A DNA stretch of 20,000 bases, from assembly GCA_023515795.1 (NCBI GenBank), contig JALGPX010000064.1:47358-67357 (forward strand), written 5' to 3'. The translations under genes and the position numbers were made by a program. The notes under the pieces were generated by a model. That model had not been told where the DNA came from. It saw only the letters and a program-made list of their open reading frames with translations, and made no database searches. The DNA comes from Amoeboaphelidium occidentale (taxonomy: Eukaryota). Of the stretch, positions 19,833-20,000 are shown in pieces (position 1 is the stretch's first letter; each line of letters begins with the position of its first letter).

Positions 19833-20000
19833 TTTATCTTTTGATTACTTAATTTCTGTACGAGCTAAACAATTAGAAGCAAATTAAGTAAGACTTACCT
19901 CCAGATGATCCCTCTAACTCTGACAATTCCCCCTTCTTCTCGACAGCAACTACCAAACATTCCAAAAGCTCTTGAGCGATTTCTGCATTATCAGGAACAT
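19829..20000 (-). CDS. Partial spliced coding region (intron 19865-19898); either the frameshifted Fanzor N-terminus or the end of a separate gene
   Basis: Open frame VPDNAEIAQELLECLVVAVEKKGELSELEDHLE, then GTAAGT..CTAAT..TTTAG, then LVQKLSNQKIN*. The stop overlaps the start of the Fanzor frame. Confidence 0.55.

Larger units (their letters stand above)
16886..20000 (-). mobile_element. Fanzor-encoding repetitive element (collapsed multi-copy/allelic assembly; left end outside window)
   Basis: Multiple overlapping variant fragments separated by single Ns at 17987, 18565, 18859 and 19317. Fanzors are normally transposon cargo, but no transposase, TIR or TSD is identifiable in the window. Confidence 0.6.

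Noticed and set aside
16886..20000. CRISPR-Cas12 locus or bacterial IS200/605 contamination
   Set aside because: No repeat-spacer array, cas genes or tnpA. Fragment A is contiguous with intron-containing IRC3, and the active-site arrangement is Fanzor-type.

Overview
Extremely compact eukaryotic (fungal-like) genomic DNA. It has about 18 GT-AG spliceosomal introns, nearly all 34-46 nt, and intergenic gaps of 13-270 bp. This suggests an early-diverging, probably zoosporic fungus or Rozella-like lineage (inference). Positions 1-16885 are housekeeping genes: M50B-like peptidase (partial), Arp5, mitochondrial ClpP, CDK20-like kinase, a probable mitoribosomal mS26-like protein, Swd1/RbBP5, Lsm1, Nse3/MAGE, PP2A catalytic subunit, Stm1/SERBP1, an F-box-like orphan, Trm13 and Irc3 helicase. 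A 733-bp duplication around a single N at 5283 looks like two alleles joined by the assembler. The highlight is 16886-20000: a Fanzor (eukaryotic TnpB-like RNA-guided RuvC nuclease) locus on the minus strand, assembled as five N-separated overlapping fragments from at least two sequence variants. One variant keeps the D-E-D catalytic triad, the Fanzor-type rearranged Glu, a C4 zinc finger and NLS-like tails. A run of hairpins, including a perfect 22-bp palindrome, follows it and is a candidate omegaRNA. The variants are mosaic, with a ~18% divergent WED/RuvC-I block between near-identical flanks. One fragment carries a nonsense codon, and an intron-containing exon upstream may be the frameshifted N-terminus.
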